Below, in pieces: positions 10,036 through 19,278 of a DNA stretch of 64,000 nucleotides; within the stretch, counting starts at the first letter, position 1; every line of letters begins with the position of its first letter. The notes under the pieces are model-generated. The model searched no databases, had not been told where the DNA came from, and worked only from the letters and a program-made list of their open reading frames with translations. The position numbers were made by a program, and so were the translations under genes. Source of the stretch: Cyanophyceae cyanobacterium (lineage in GTDB: Bacteria; Cyanobacteriota; Cyanobacteriia; Cyanobacteriales; Laspinemataceae); NCBI GenBank assembly GCA_038321985.1, contig JBBQFN010000009.1:32001-96000 (forward strand). The letters run 5' to 3'.

Positions 10036-10785
10036 ATGTTAGCTAAATCCACCACTTACAGGATCACCTGGGAAAAGTTACCCGATGATTTTTTGCTGAC
10101 CGATGACCCCGTGGATAATATCAATCAAGCGACTCTTGCGGCCGCCTTAACCGAAAGTTTGGAGTTGGCAGGAAAACTTCCAGAAACTGCCCTCACGCCC
10201 ACCAATTACGGCATTTGTGCTACACTCAATGGCAAATTCGTCGTCAAAGCACCCGATTGGGCGTACATTCCCCATATTACTGTCAAACGCTCCGAAGTCG
10301 TTCGGAGTTATACCCCGAGACTGCAAGGAGAAATTCCCACCCTAGTCTTGGAGTTTTTATCAGAAACAGAAGGGGGAGAATATTCTATAAAAGAAACCTA
10401 TCCTCCGGGAAAATACTTCTACTACGAGCAGATTTTACAAGTTCCAAATTATGGCATTTTTGAATTAGAAACAGGGATACTAGAACTCTATCATTTAGGA
10501 GAAAATAAGCGGTATCAACTGGAATCAGCCAATGAAGAAAGCCGCTATTGGATTCCGGAAATGCAGCTATTTCTAGGAGTCTGGGAAGGACAACGAGAAA
10601 ATCGTCCCGGATACTGGCTACGCTGGTGGGATGAAGAGGGGAATTTACTCTTCTGGAGTACAGAACGGGTTGAACAGGAACAGCAACGGACTGAGCAGGA
10701 ACGCCAACGGGCTGAGCAGGAACACCAACGGGCTGAGCGGTTAGCGGCCCAACTTCGGGCGGCGGGAATTGAACCAGCCGAGTAG
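10036..10785 (+). CDS. Uma2 family (DUF820) endonuclease-like protein
   Basis: APDW...LVLEFLS PD-(D/E)xK-like motifs, WLRWWD, EQERQRAE repeats at the C-terminus. Confidence 0.9.
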   Translation: MLAKSTTYRITWEKLPDDFLLTDDPVDNINQATLAAALTESLELAGKLPETALTPTNYGICATLNGKFVVKAPDWAYIPHITVKRSEVVRSYTPRLQGEIPTLVLEFLSETEGGEYSIKETYPPGKYFYYEQILQVPNYGIFELETGILELYHLGENKRYQLESANEESRYWIPEMQLFLGVWEGQRENRPGYWLRWWDEEGNLLFWSTERVEQEQQRTEQERQRAEQEHQRAERLAAQLRAAGIEPAE

Positions 10786-10790
10786 TTTTA

Positions 10791-10847
10791 GAGTTGTGGA
10801 TTAGGTTTTTTTCTAGCTAAAAAGACTTGCTCCACAACTCCTATCCC
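10791..10847. repeat. Imperfect hairpin / degenerate REP-like element
   Basis: gagttgtgga...tccacaactc inverted arms; the tail actcctatccc is shared with the palindrome at 56526-56562. Confidence 0.4.
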
Positions 10848-10891
10848 AAAGCGGGGATAAGCTTTAAAAACACCAGAAACACTTTCCTTGC

Positions 10892-11045
10892 CTAATATTA
10901 CAGATTGACAAGTGAATAAAAAGGCGAGCGCTATTTCACCCCTTTTCCAATATTACAAATTGACAAGGGCAGGAAAGTTGCGATCGCTGTTTTAACCGTC
11001 CCAAGCATTACCGATTGACAATGGCATGAAAGGGGCGATCGCTCC
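10892..11045. repeat. Tandem ~55-bp degenerate repeat, 3 units, with HIP1 or HIP1-like core
   Basis: ATTACn(G/A)ATTGACAA blocks in units starting 10892, 10947 and 11002, each followed by GCGA(T/G)CGCT. Confidence 0.8.
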
Positions 11046-11147
11046 TCTTATTATCCCGAATCCCTTTTCTATCCATTTTCGAGCGAATTCTCCATCAACT
11101 GAGTTAAAATAACAAATAGAAGATTAACCGATTTAGGAGAATAAACC

Positions 11148-11468
11148 ATGAGACAACTCTCTGAAACCGAGCGTACACCGCGTCGAGGCAGAGTCTTTCC
11201 CGATAGTAACTACTCTCCTGAAGAACTCGCTCAACGTAAAGCAGAAAGGGATGCTTTATGGCAACGTTGCCATCAAATATTTGAACGAGTTAAACCAGAT
11301 TTGATTGAGAATTACTACGACTGGTTTATGGTCATCGAACCCGAAAGCGGTGACTATTTCATTGATAAGGACCAAAACGTAGCCGAACAAAAAGCTGATG
11401 AAAAGCATCCCCACGCCCAAGGGGTTATTTTCTGCATCAACGAAACGGGAGCCTGTGCAAAAGTATGA
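11148..11468 (+). CDS. Hypothetical protein (DUF5678-like partner of clan AA protease)
   Basis: AGGAG RBS; YYDWFMVIEPESGDYFID and INETGAC motifs; ATGA overlap with next gene. Confidence 0.75.
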   Translation: MRQLSETERTPRRGRVFPDSNYSPEELAQRKAERDALWQRCHQIFERVKPDLIENYYDWFMVIEPESGDYFIDKDQNVAEQKADEKHPHAQGVIFCINETGACAKV

Positions 11469-11830
11469 TTGTAGGGGATTTCACCCCCAAGGGAGAATTA
11501 GTTTTCGATCTCGATCTAGTTGCTGCTGATAATACCTTAATTTACGTGGAAGCGCTCTTCGATACCGGCTTTACAGAGTGGTTACTCATCAACGATCGAG
11601 ATGCCATTGCACTCGGATGGAAGCGTAACACCAAACCGATCGCGGTTCAAACTGCTGGAGGTCAAACGGTCTTCAATCTTTATCGCGGTCTCGTGATTTT
11701 AGACGGGGAGGAATTCACGATTCCTGTTTTGGGGGGAGACAAAACGACCGACATTCTCTTGGGTGTGAAGTGGTTGCGATATAAACGGCTGGTTGCGGAT
11801 TTAGCCGCCCGGGTACTGACGTTGGAGTAG
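11465..11830 (+). CDS. Clan AA (retropepsin-like) aspartic protease
   Basis: ALFDTGF catalytic motif, TAGG flap, ILLG motif; 121 aa single domain. Confidence 0.85.
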   Translation: MIVGDFTPKGELVFDLDLVAADNTLIYVEALFDTGFTEWLLINDRDAIALGWKRNTKPIAVQTAGGQTVFNLYRGLVILDGEEFTIPVLGGDKTTDILLGVKWLRYKRLVADLAARVLTLE

Positions 11831-11832
11831 GT

Positions 11833-11911
11833 GGAAGTGCGATCGCTGTTTCAACTGCCTGCAAGCATTACTGATTGACAATTGCCGGTAGGGGTGCGAT
11901 CGCTGTTTCAA
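11833..11911. repeat. Second copy (about 1.5 units) of the 55-57-bp HIP1 repeat
   Basis: gtGCGATCGCtgtttcaa twice (HIP1 at 11839 and 11896) around caagcattactgattgacaa. Confidence 0.8.
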
Positions 11912-12076
11912 TCGCCAACTGGTAATCGCCACCAGAGGGACAACCATTCCCAAACTCATCACGATCCAGAGGCGATCGCAATTTTGGAACACCTGAACCA
12001 ACCCAGCAAAATCAATTTCCCAGTAGATAACCGCCAGAATGAGCAAGCTAATCGTCAGAGAAATTAGTCGTTTCAT
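11903..12076 (-). pseudogene. 5' fragment of a UPF0104 / lysylphosphatidylglycerol-synthase-TM (flippase-like) gene
   Basis: MKRLISLTISLLILAVIYWEIDF...SLGMVVPLVAITSWRLKQ, then the frame runs into the repeat after 58 codons. Confidence 0.7.
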
Positions 12077-12130
12077 TAATTCTGAATTAAGGGTGAGTGG
12101 AAGAAGAGAAAAAGCGCACGCCTCAGTTTC

Positions 12131-12388
12131 TTAGGCATCTTCTGCGCTTTCAGTCTCCTGCTGATCATAGTTTGTAATAATACGGTAAATGTCATCGCCA
12201 GCAATATCGACTTGTTCAGATTTAGCATAAATCGTTAGCAAAACGATACCCTAAGCTGTTTTGATGTAGTAAATTAGACGGTAACCACCACTTTTTTCTT
12301 TCTGAGCATCGCTATTGCTGTGCTTTAACTTGGCAAACAATAGATCTCCTATAATGTAGGACTCTTCCGTTTGACGCAAGTTCACCAT
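12131..12388 (-). pseudogene. RelE/HigB-type toxin remnant
   Basis: Manual translation: NSDAQKEKSGGYRLIYYIKTA*GIVLLTIYAKSEQVDIAGDDIYRII. In-frame TAG at 12251-12253; N-terminus degenerate; no antitoxin seen. Confidence 0.75.
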
Positions 12389-12679
12389 GAAAAGATTTCA
12401 GATTGTATCAATTTGTTGCAAACTGTGATAATTTATGAATTTTTTGCAATAGGCAGGCTAGGAGCGTTGACTTGCGATATACTGTGAACAGTGATTATTT
12501 CATTAACATTGGCGAAATTATTACTAATTGTTGTGTTTTTATGATATCAACTTTTTTACCACTAAAAAGCTCTATTGCCTGCTAAGTAGTGATAACTAAG
12601 AATGAAATGTGGACATTTTTTATCAATTAAGTTAGGGCAATTATCTGATTAACCCTCCATTTGAGTAATTAAAAAAAGA

Positions 12680-14374
12680 ATGAGCCAAATTCACTTACGT
12701 CATATTAAATCTTACTTAGATAATCAATTCAAGAACTTAAACTTAATTGATACCTCCGATAGTCAGTCATCAAATAAATCGAGTAGTGAAGAGCTATTTT
12801 TGTCAAGAGCTTTAGCCGCCTTTGTTGTCATGACATTTGGAAATACCTCGGCAATAGAAGCGGCTAATTCATTAACTGATGGTCCTCAAGATAATGGAAT
12901 TGATGGAATTTTTTATCATAAAAAACAAAAAATTCTTTATTTGATCCAATCAAAATGGAGCAGCAAAGGACAAAAAACTTTTGACACAGCTGCAACCCAC
13001 AAATTTTTAGAGGGTTTTGATTATATATTGGCCGAAGACTTTAATAAATTCAATCAAAAAATTGTACAGAAAAAGGACGAAATAGAAATTGCATTAAATG
13101 ATGCAAATACCTAGTATAAGTTAATGATAATTTATACGGAAATTCAAAATTTACCTCAAGATTCAGAGAATTTAATCAAGGAAAGATTAAATGAAATTAA
13201 TGACATCAGTGATGTTGTTACTTATGAGGTTTTGAGGCAATCTGAAGTTCATAAAATAATATCTCAAGGTTTTGATAACTCTCCTATTGATATAGATATT
13301 ATGCTGGGTAACTGGGTTAAGATTCCAGAACCATTTGAGTCTATTTGTGGACGTATATCTGCCAAAGATGTTGCCGAATGGAGAGATCAGTATTATCCTA
13401 AAATATTTGCCCCTAACATTAGATGTTATCTTGGAAATACCGAGATTAATGATGGAATTATTGAGACATTAAAGAACCAACCTGAGCATTTTTGGTATTA
13501 TAATAATGGAATTACTGCACTATGCAAAACCGTTACAAAAAAAATGCTCAGAGGAGATAAATCAGACTCTGGATTGTTTGAATGTAAAGACTTACATATC
13601 ATTAATGGTGCTCAAACCATTGGTTCGGTATATGAAGCTAATAAAACGTACCCCGATCATGTGGCATTAGCCTACATTCCTATTCGTTTAATTTCCTTAG
13701 AAAAATGCCCAGAACAGTTTGCAACATCAGTGACAAAATATAATAATACTCAAAACAAAATTGATCGCCGGGATTTTGTATCTCTTAATCCTGAACAAGA
13801 GCGCATCAAAATCGAATTAAAGTTTGAAGATGTTATTTATATTTATAAAACTGGAGAAATAATCCCTTCAGAACACCAAGGCTTTACATTAGAAGATGCT
13901 ACAATTGCTCTAGCTTGTAGTATAGATATATCTTTTGCTGTTAGAGCAAAAGATAAAATAGGCACTTTGTGGGATGATATTAACACTGAACCCTATAAAA
14001 GACTGTTCAACCCAAATACTAATAGCTTAAAACTATGGAAATTAGTCCAGATAATGAAAGTTGTTGAAGGCACTCTTTTAAAGGAGCAAAATAACCAGGA
14101 AAAAAATACTTCAGATAATCGACGGAAGCTATTTTTAACTCATGCCTCTAAGCTGGTTCTGTATTTGATATTTAAAGATAAAGACCTTGAATTTTATTAT
14201 AAAGATTTTGAAAATAAAAATATAGATCAAAATCAAAATAAAATTATAGAAAAAAAAGTGATTGACTACCTAGATAAAGTTGTAGATGCTGCTAATTCAC
14301 TTTTTCCTAATGGTTACCCTGCAAATATATGTCGCAATCAAACTAAATGCAAAGAAATTCTTTCACAGGTTTAA
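12680..14374 (+). pseudogene. AIPR (abortive infection phage resistance) family gene split by one in-frame TAG
   Basis: ORFs 12680-13114 and 13124-14374 share a frame (ACC TAG TAT AAG TTA ATG). N part has DGPQDNGIDG...IQSKW; C part has NIRCYLG, FWYYNNGIT, IINGAQT. AT-rich. Confidence 0.85.
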
Positions 14375-14393
14375 CAACTACCTATAGATTTGT

Positions 14394-14859
14394 GGAGTAA
14401 TGGAATGGCTGGTTTCAAGTCGAAGTAAATGTCTACCCTAAACCAAAATTTTTCAAGATATGGAAGAAGATTGGTGGTGTCGGGTTTAAGCCAACAATCT
14501 CAGTGAAGTGGGCATTACGACGCCCGAGAGTGCTTATCCGATGGCCGATTTAGGGATTCTATTCTCTCAAATTCTCCGGCTTACGGCTTCGTTTCGCTAT
14601 ACTTTAGTTGGGTTGGAATTTGAGGATATTTATGGCTTATAGCGAACTGCTGGAGGATTTAGCGGATTTATCTTTATCAATTCGTGGATTGGTTTTAGCT
14701 CAAAATCTGACGGAAGGGGTGGAAACAATGCCCGGGTTTAAACCGTTTAGTTCTACTCATATTTGGCGACCCTACGAGGGAGAAATCTATACTCCTTTAC
14801 CGGGTTGACTCGACCTAAAAAAACAGCTAAATGAGCTTTTAAGTTTAGCGCCAATTTAA
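14394..14859 (+). pseudogene. Decayed conserved cyanobacterial hypothetical gene (5' end lost)
   Basis: IFQDMEEDWWCRV*ANNLSEVGITTPESAY...FRYTLVGLE, a frameshift, then YSELLEDL...WRPYEGEIY...*LDLKKQLNELL; several stops. Confidence 0.6.
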
Positions 14860-15089
14860 CAAGTCAGACCTCTAGGGAGGGGTGAAATTTTGCTGGAGAG
14901 GATTTCATGAACCTTATCCCCCTGTCCTTGTAAACTCGGTTTCTGATCGGGGGGTTTTCTGTTACTCTGAGATCCCCTCAACCCTGCTCTGGATAACCCC
15001 AACTATTAGCCAAACATTAAACTTTCCCAAATAACCGCCTTATTCTGAGAAAATAGAGGAGTAAGCCGTAAAATAACCCGCTTAAAAAT

Positions 15090-15662
15090 ATGGATGCTAA
15101 CGAACTACTAGAACGGTATGCTGCTGGAGAACGAGATTTTCGCGATACGGACCTGTTCCGGGCGGATCTGAGTAATGCGGAGTTGAGTGGTGTCAGTTTC
15201 TTCCGCACGAGCTTGTTTGGGGCGAATCTATTTCGGGCTAAACTGATTGGGTGTGATTTCTTCCGGTCTACCCTAATCGGGGCGAATCTCTATTGTGCGA
15301 ATCTTAGCGGGGCAAATTTGACCGGCGCAAATTTGACCGGCGCGAATCTCAGTGGTGCGGATTTAAGTGGTGCGGACCTCACGGATGCAGATTTGGGAGG
15401 TGCGGACTTGAGTTATGCCACGTTGCATTATACGGACTTCACTGGGGCAAACTTGTTTCGGGCGATGATGGTGGATGCGAAGTTGAATCATGCCAAGTTG
15501 GTGCGGGTGCGCTTGCGGGGGGCAAATTTGAATGGTTCGATTGTGGAAGGGGCGATTTTGTCGAAGGTGATGGGGCTTTCGGAGGAGGAGAAACGGGATC
15601 TGCTCGATCGCGGTGCAGTGATGGCGCAGTTGACAGAAGCGGTTCCCTCCCCGATCGCCTGA
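15090..15662 (+). CDS. Pentapeptide repeat protein
   Basis: MDANELLERYAAGERDF start; A(D/N)LxG repeats. Confidence 0.93.
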   Translation: MDANELLERYAAGERDFRDTDLFRADLSNAELSGVSFFRTSLFGANLFRAKLIGCDFFRSTLIGANLYCANLSGANLTGANLTGANLSGADLSGADLTDADLGGADLSYATLHYTDFTGANLFRAMMVDAKLNHAKLVRVRLRGANLNGSIVEGAILSKVMGLSEEEKRDLLDRGAVMAQLTEAVPSPIA

Positions 15663-15727
15663 CTTAATTCCGACTCAGGGGCGATCGCACTTCAAAACTC
15701 ACCCGGCGATCGCCCCCTCAGTCACTC

Positions 15728-16744
15728 TTACTGGACAAACAACGGCATCACTTCCGCCGCTGTTAACAACCCGTAAATCCCCCGTTGGTGCAAGCGCACA
15801 CCTGCCTTTAAATAGCCAAAAGCAGGACCACAAACATTCGCCGCCATACTGGTTTCATCCCCTAGGGTAAAGGTATGAGTGGAGATTTTACCCTCGAAAG
15901 TGCGGCCTGTAATTTGCATATTGGTACTCAGCGGCTTTTTGGGATTGCGGGTATCCACAATACCGCCGACGGTGACGCGATCGCGCGAACAAATTCCCGC
16001 CAATTCCAACATGATATCATCAGCGTGTTCCATGTTTTCCAAGGCCAATTTGCCATCGGTGCGATCGAGCAACGCTTCCACTTCTGCATCGGTCATTGCC
16101 ATCGCTTGGGCTACGGTATATCCAGGAATATGGGCAATATCTTCGCGAATTGTGGCCCGATAAGCTTCCCAGTTGGCAATCCCGACTCCAAAGGTAATTT
16201 TCACGCTGTGGATTTCAGCGAAACTTTGGGCGGCTAAAGCAGCAGCCGCCGTTAATAATCCCGGGGTGGCACCACAGCCTGTCATGTAGGTAATCCCGGC
16301 TTTTTGTAAGTCATCCTGGAGTTCGAGTAACTGTTCAACGGCGCTGGTGCGTTTCAGGGCGTCTACTAAGACTCCGCGCCATCCAGACTTAATAAATTGT
16401 CTCGCCACCGATGCCATGAAGGTATTCGGGAGGTTGGGTAACGCCAAGAAATACCCATCCACGTCAGCTTGAGAAATTAATTCGGCGATGCTGTCGTTGC
16501 TGAGGATGCCACCGGGTTCGAGATAGCCGAGGGACCCCTGTTGATGGTAGGCGCTGATACAGGCATCGGGATTTAAGCCTTGGGAATTGTAGGCGTATCC
16601 TTGTTTATCGGCAGCAGCCACCCACAAAGTTTCGCGTTTCGGGGCGAGGATCCGGGCGGCAGCTTGTCCTAAGCCTCCAAACCCGAGAACACCGATTCGG
16701 AGGGGTTTTTGGGTTGGGGAGTGGGGGGTTTGCAGGTTACTCAT
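15728..16744 (-). CDS. bioU: (S)-8-amino-7-oxononanoate synthase BioU (biotin synthesis)
   Basis: Rossmann [30 protein letters not shown] and ETSMAANV motifs. Confidence 0.85.
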   Translation of the reverse strand: MSNLQTPHSPTQKPLRIGVLGFGGLGQAAARILAPKRETLWVAAADKQGYAYNSQGLNPDACISAYHQQGSLGYLEPGGILSNDSIAELISQADVDGYFLALPNLPNTFMASVARQFIKSGWRGVLVDALKRTSAVEQLLELQDDLQKAGITYMTGCGATPGLLTAAAALAAQSFAEIHSVKITFGVGIANWEAYRATIREDIAHIPGYTVAQAMAMTDAEVEALLDRTDGKLALENMEHADDIMLELAGICSRDRVTVGGIVDTRNPKKPLSTNMQITGRTFEGKISTHTFTLGDETSMAANVCGPAFGYLKAGVRLHQRGIYGLLTAAEVMPLFVQ

Positions 16745-17264
16745 GGGATTCCTTGAATTAAACAGATTCTCATTATCTAACGGAAGTTGAGCAGCAGCAC
16801 GGTTTCTGGGGTGAGATGGACGGGGATTTGTAAAGAATTATTAATGCAAGGACTGGGGCCAGAGCTATCAAAATGTTTATAGGGGAGCATCAATTGTGTC
16901 AATGTTTATAGACGGGTATTCCTAGATTAGCAAGGGGTAAAGCGACCGGACTGTATAGGAATCTTTAGGAGGGGGCGGATTGAAAATAGCGGATACTTAA
17001 GTTGCTGCCCCTAAATATCCGGGAGTTGAGATCACTTGACGACTCTCTCAACTTAAGGGAAACTTAGCAAATATTGAGTGATTTACTCTAATCGGTAATA
17101 ATTTTTGTTAAGGTATGACTCAATATAATTCGATTGGTCACAATAAGTTAAAGGGCTTGCCAATCCGGGCAGTCTAGGATCCCCGAATTGACCAAAGGGC
17201 ATTACTGGCCGTGCTAGGGATGCCTGCGGATAAATTAAAACAACCCAAAAAGCAAACCAAACGC

Positions 17265-17474
17265 ATGGAAACACTCGAATTTGTCATCTACCCCGATGGT
17301 CGAGTTCAGGAAAAAGTCACTGGCATTGTCGGTGCATCCTGTGCAGAGGTCACAGCGGCGATCGAAGCCCAACTGGGGCAGGTCCTAGTCCAGGAGAAGA
17401 CTTCGGAACATTTTGCCCAAGTGGTAGAACTGTCCCAGACTGCAACCGCCCAGGCGAGTTGGAGTGATTGGTAA
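17265..17474 (+). CDS. DUF2997 family protein
   Basis: METLEFVIYPDGRVQEKVTGIVGASC; usual position upstream of ycf35. Confidence 0.88.
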   Translation: METLEFVIYPDGRVQEKVTGIVGASCAEVTAAIEAQLGQVLVQEKTSEHFAQVVELSQTATAQASWSDW

Positions 17475-17549
17475 ATTTTTCTAAAACTGCAATTTAATCG
17501 TTTCTTGTCCCCTTAGATTCACAATTGTCAGCACAAGAGAGTTATCCCT

Positions 17550-17936
17550 ATGTCACATTTCAGCCAAATTAAGACCCAAATTCGCAATCTGACTTCGTTG
17601 CAATCGGCGTTAACGGAGTTGGGAATTGACTGGAAATCTGGTCCGACGGAGGTGCGGGGTTATAAAGGATTAACCCATAACGCGGAAGTGGCGATCGCCC
17701 AAGAGAACGGGTATGACATCGGTTTTTCCTGGAATGGTCAAGAGTATTCCCTGGTGGCTGATTTACAATATTGGCAGCAACCTTGGACGGTGAATCGGTT
17801 TTTAAATGAAGTTACCCAGCGCTATGCCTATCACACCGTGGTGAATGAAACAGCGAAACAAGGGTTTCAAATTGCTGAACAGCAAAAAAATGAAGATGGT
17901 TCGATCCGGGTTGTGTTGCAACGTTGGGCGAGCTAA
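17550..17936 (+). CDS. ycf35: DUF1257 / Ycf35 family protein
   Basis: MSHFSQIKT start; YSLVADLQYW; QRYAY. Confidence 0.9.
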   Translation: MSHFSQIKTQIRNLTSLQSALTELGIDWKSGPTEVRGYKGLTHNAEVAIAQENGYDIGFSWNGQEYSLVADLQYWQQPWTVNRFLNEVTQRYAYHTVVNETAKQGFQIAEQQKNEDGSIRVVLQRWAS

Positions 17937-18406
17937 TGGATGATTTTTCGGAGTTCTCAACCCCCGAAACTCCCGATCGTTCGGGTCTCGAACCAGAGTT
18001 AGGTGGCGCGTTACGGGATGCCCCGGAACGTTCAGGTTTGGAGCCAGAGTTAGGCGGCGCATTGCGACAAAATGGCGTCTATGTGGACGAACCCACTTGC
18101 ATTGGCTGCAAACATTGCGCTCATGTGGCGCGAAATACCTTCTATATTGAGGAGGATTATGGACGTTCCCGGGTGGTTCGCCAAGACGGAGACCCGGAGG
18201 ATGTGATTCAGGAGGCGATCGACACCTGTCCAGTAGACTGCATTGATTGGGTGGATTACACCGAACTGAAACAACTGGAAAAAGAGCGATTGTATCAGGT
18301 GATTCCCCGGGTGGGATATCCGGTGGAACAGGCGATTTCCATTGTGGGGACTCGCCGCAAAAAGGAAGTGTCTAAGGTGAAAAAAAAGAAGTCAGTGAGC
18401 GACTAG
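17936..18406 (+). CDS. Ferredoxin (4Fe-4S type)
   Basis: CIGCKHC...CPVDCI; duplicated RSGLEPELGG N-terminus; TAATG overlap with ycf35. Confidence 0.9.
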   Translation: MDDFSEFSTPETPDRSGLEPELGGALRDAPERSGLEPELGGALRQNGVYVDEPTCIGCKHCAHVARNTFYIEEDYGRSRVVRQDGDPEDVIQEAIDTCPVDCIDWVDYTELKQLEKERLYQVIPRVGYPVEQAISIVGTRRKKEVSKVKKKKSVSD

Positions 18407-18506
18407 AGGGGTGCGCTTGACCAACTTCAAGGAGGCGAAACTTTATTCTTGTGGTTGGTCAAAAAAGTAGGAAGCGGCCCAATTTTTAGGAAAGCCTGAA
18501 ACTGGA

Positions 18507-18532
18507 TAACGACTGAAGTCGTTACTACAAAC
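18507..18532. repeat. REP-like palindrome
   Basis: TAACGACT-GA-AGTCGTTA followed by CTACAAAC (GTAG on the reverse strand). Confidence 0.65.
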
Positions 18533-18560
18533 AGGGATAAAACCCAGGACAATTTTCCAG

Positions 18561-18596
18561 AAAGCCTCAATGGTTGATGACTGTTGGGGCTTTTTT
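18561..18596 (+). terminator. Intrinsic terminator between convergent genes
   Basis: aaagcctcaatggt...actgttggggctttttt. Confidence 0.6.
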
Positions 18597-18606
18597 GGGT
18601 TTGGGG

Positions 18607-18885
18607 TTATTTTAATGCATTATGTTCGGTGAGGATTCGTTCGACTCGCGCTTCTTCTACTTTTGAGGTGAGTTTTTCCGCTTCATGGCGATCGCGCAGG
18701 GTTTTGGCGAGGCTAAATGAGGAACCCACGGTGAAGATGACACCCATTCCCATATAACCTTTGACCCAACTGGTAACAGGTAAGTTAACGATGCCTACGC
18801 CAGTCGCTGTTAAGGCGATCGCAAAGGAAGCCCAAACTTGAATAACCCACGCTGTTGTATGATGTTGCGGAGAAACTTTATTCAT
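18607..18885 (-). CDS. YiaA/YiaB family inner-membrane protein
   Basis: Two TM helices, KGYMGMG, LAKTLRDRHE. Confidence 0.85.
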   Translation of the reverse strand: MNKVSPQHHTTAWVIQVWASFAIALTATGVGIVNLPVTSWVKGYMGMGVIFTVGSSFSLAKTLRDRHEAEKLTSKVEEARVERILTEHNALK

Positions 18886-19278
18886 AAAAAACACCCTCAA
18901 TCTCTGATTTTCAGAGGTGTAAACGGTTTAGGGTTTCCTGAGCTTGTTTTGCTTGATTCTATGGCCCACAGGTTTCAGTCTGGCTAACCCTGTGCCAGTT
19001 TGAAAAGTGGTACTTCGATGTGCTCTCTTAAGTGGTCAGCAAACTCCGATATAGATTGCCGATGCTTCCGATCTTTCCCGGCGATCAAGATTCGGAGGTG
19101 TAACCCTGGAACTTGCACAAATATTTGCACAAATTATTGACAATTTTACAAATATCGGGTAATTTCCTGGACTTAAGAACGAAAGGAATGGGCGATCGCC
19201 AAGGCAAATTAATCCCTTTTGAGCGAGCTGGTTTTTTCCTTTCATCAGAATACAATCTCATCCGCAACAGCGCAATCA

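Noticed and set aside
10892..11045. CRISPR or TIGR array interpretation of the 55-bp repeats
   Set aside because: Conserved blocks are degenerate, variable parts are only about 9-14 nt and partly similar to each other, and no cas or Nop-domain gene is in the window.
10905..11045. Tandem promoters from the TTGACA in each repeat unit
   Set aside because: No -10 hexamer at 16-18 bp; that position is occupied by the HIP1 block.
15190..15560. 15-bp periodic repeats
   Set aside because: Coding pentapeptide repeats.
15678..15717. Hairpin between pentapeptide gene and bioU
   Set aside because: Stem is made mostly of two self-complementary HIP1 sites; at most an ordinary convergent terminator.
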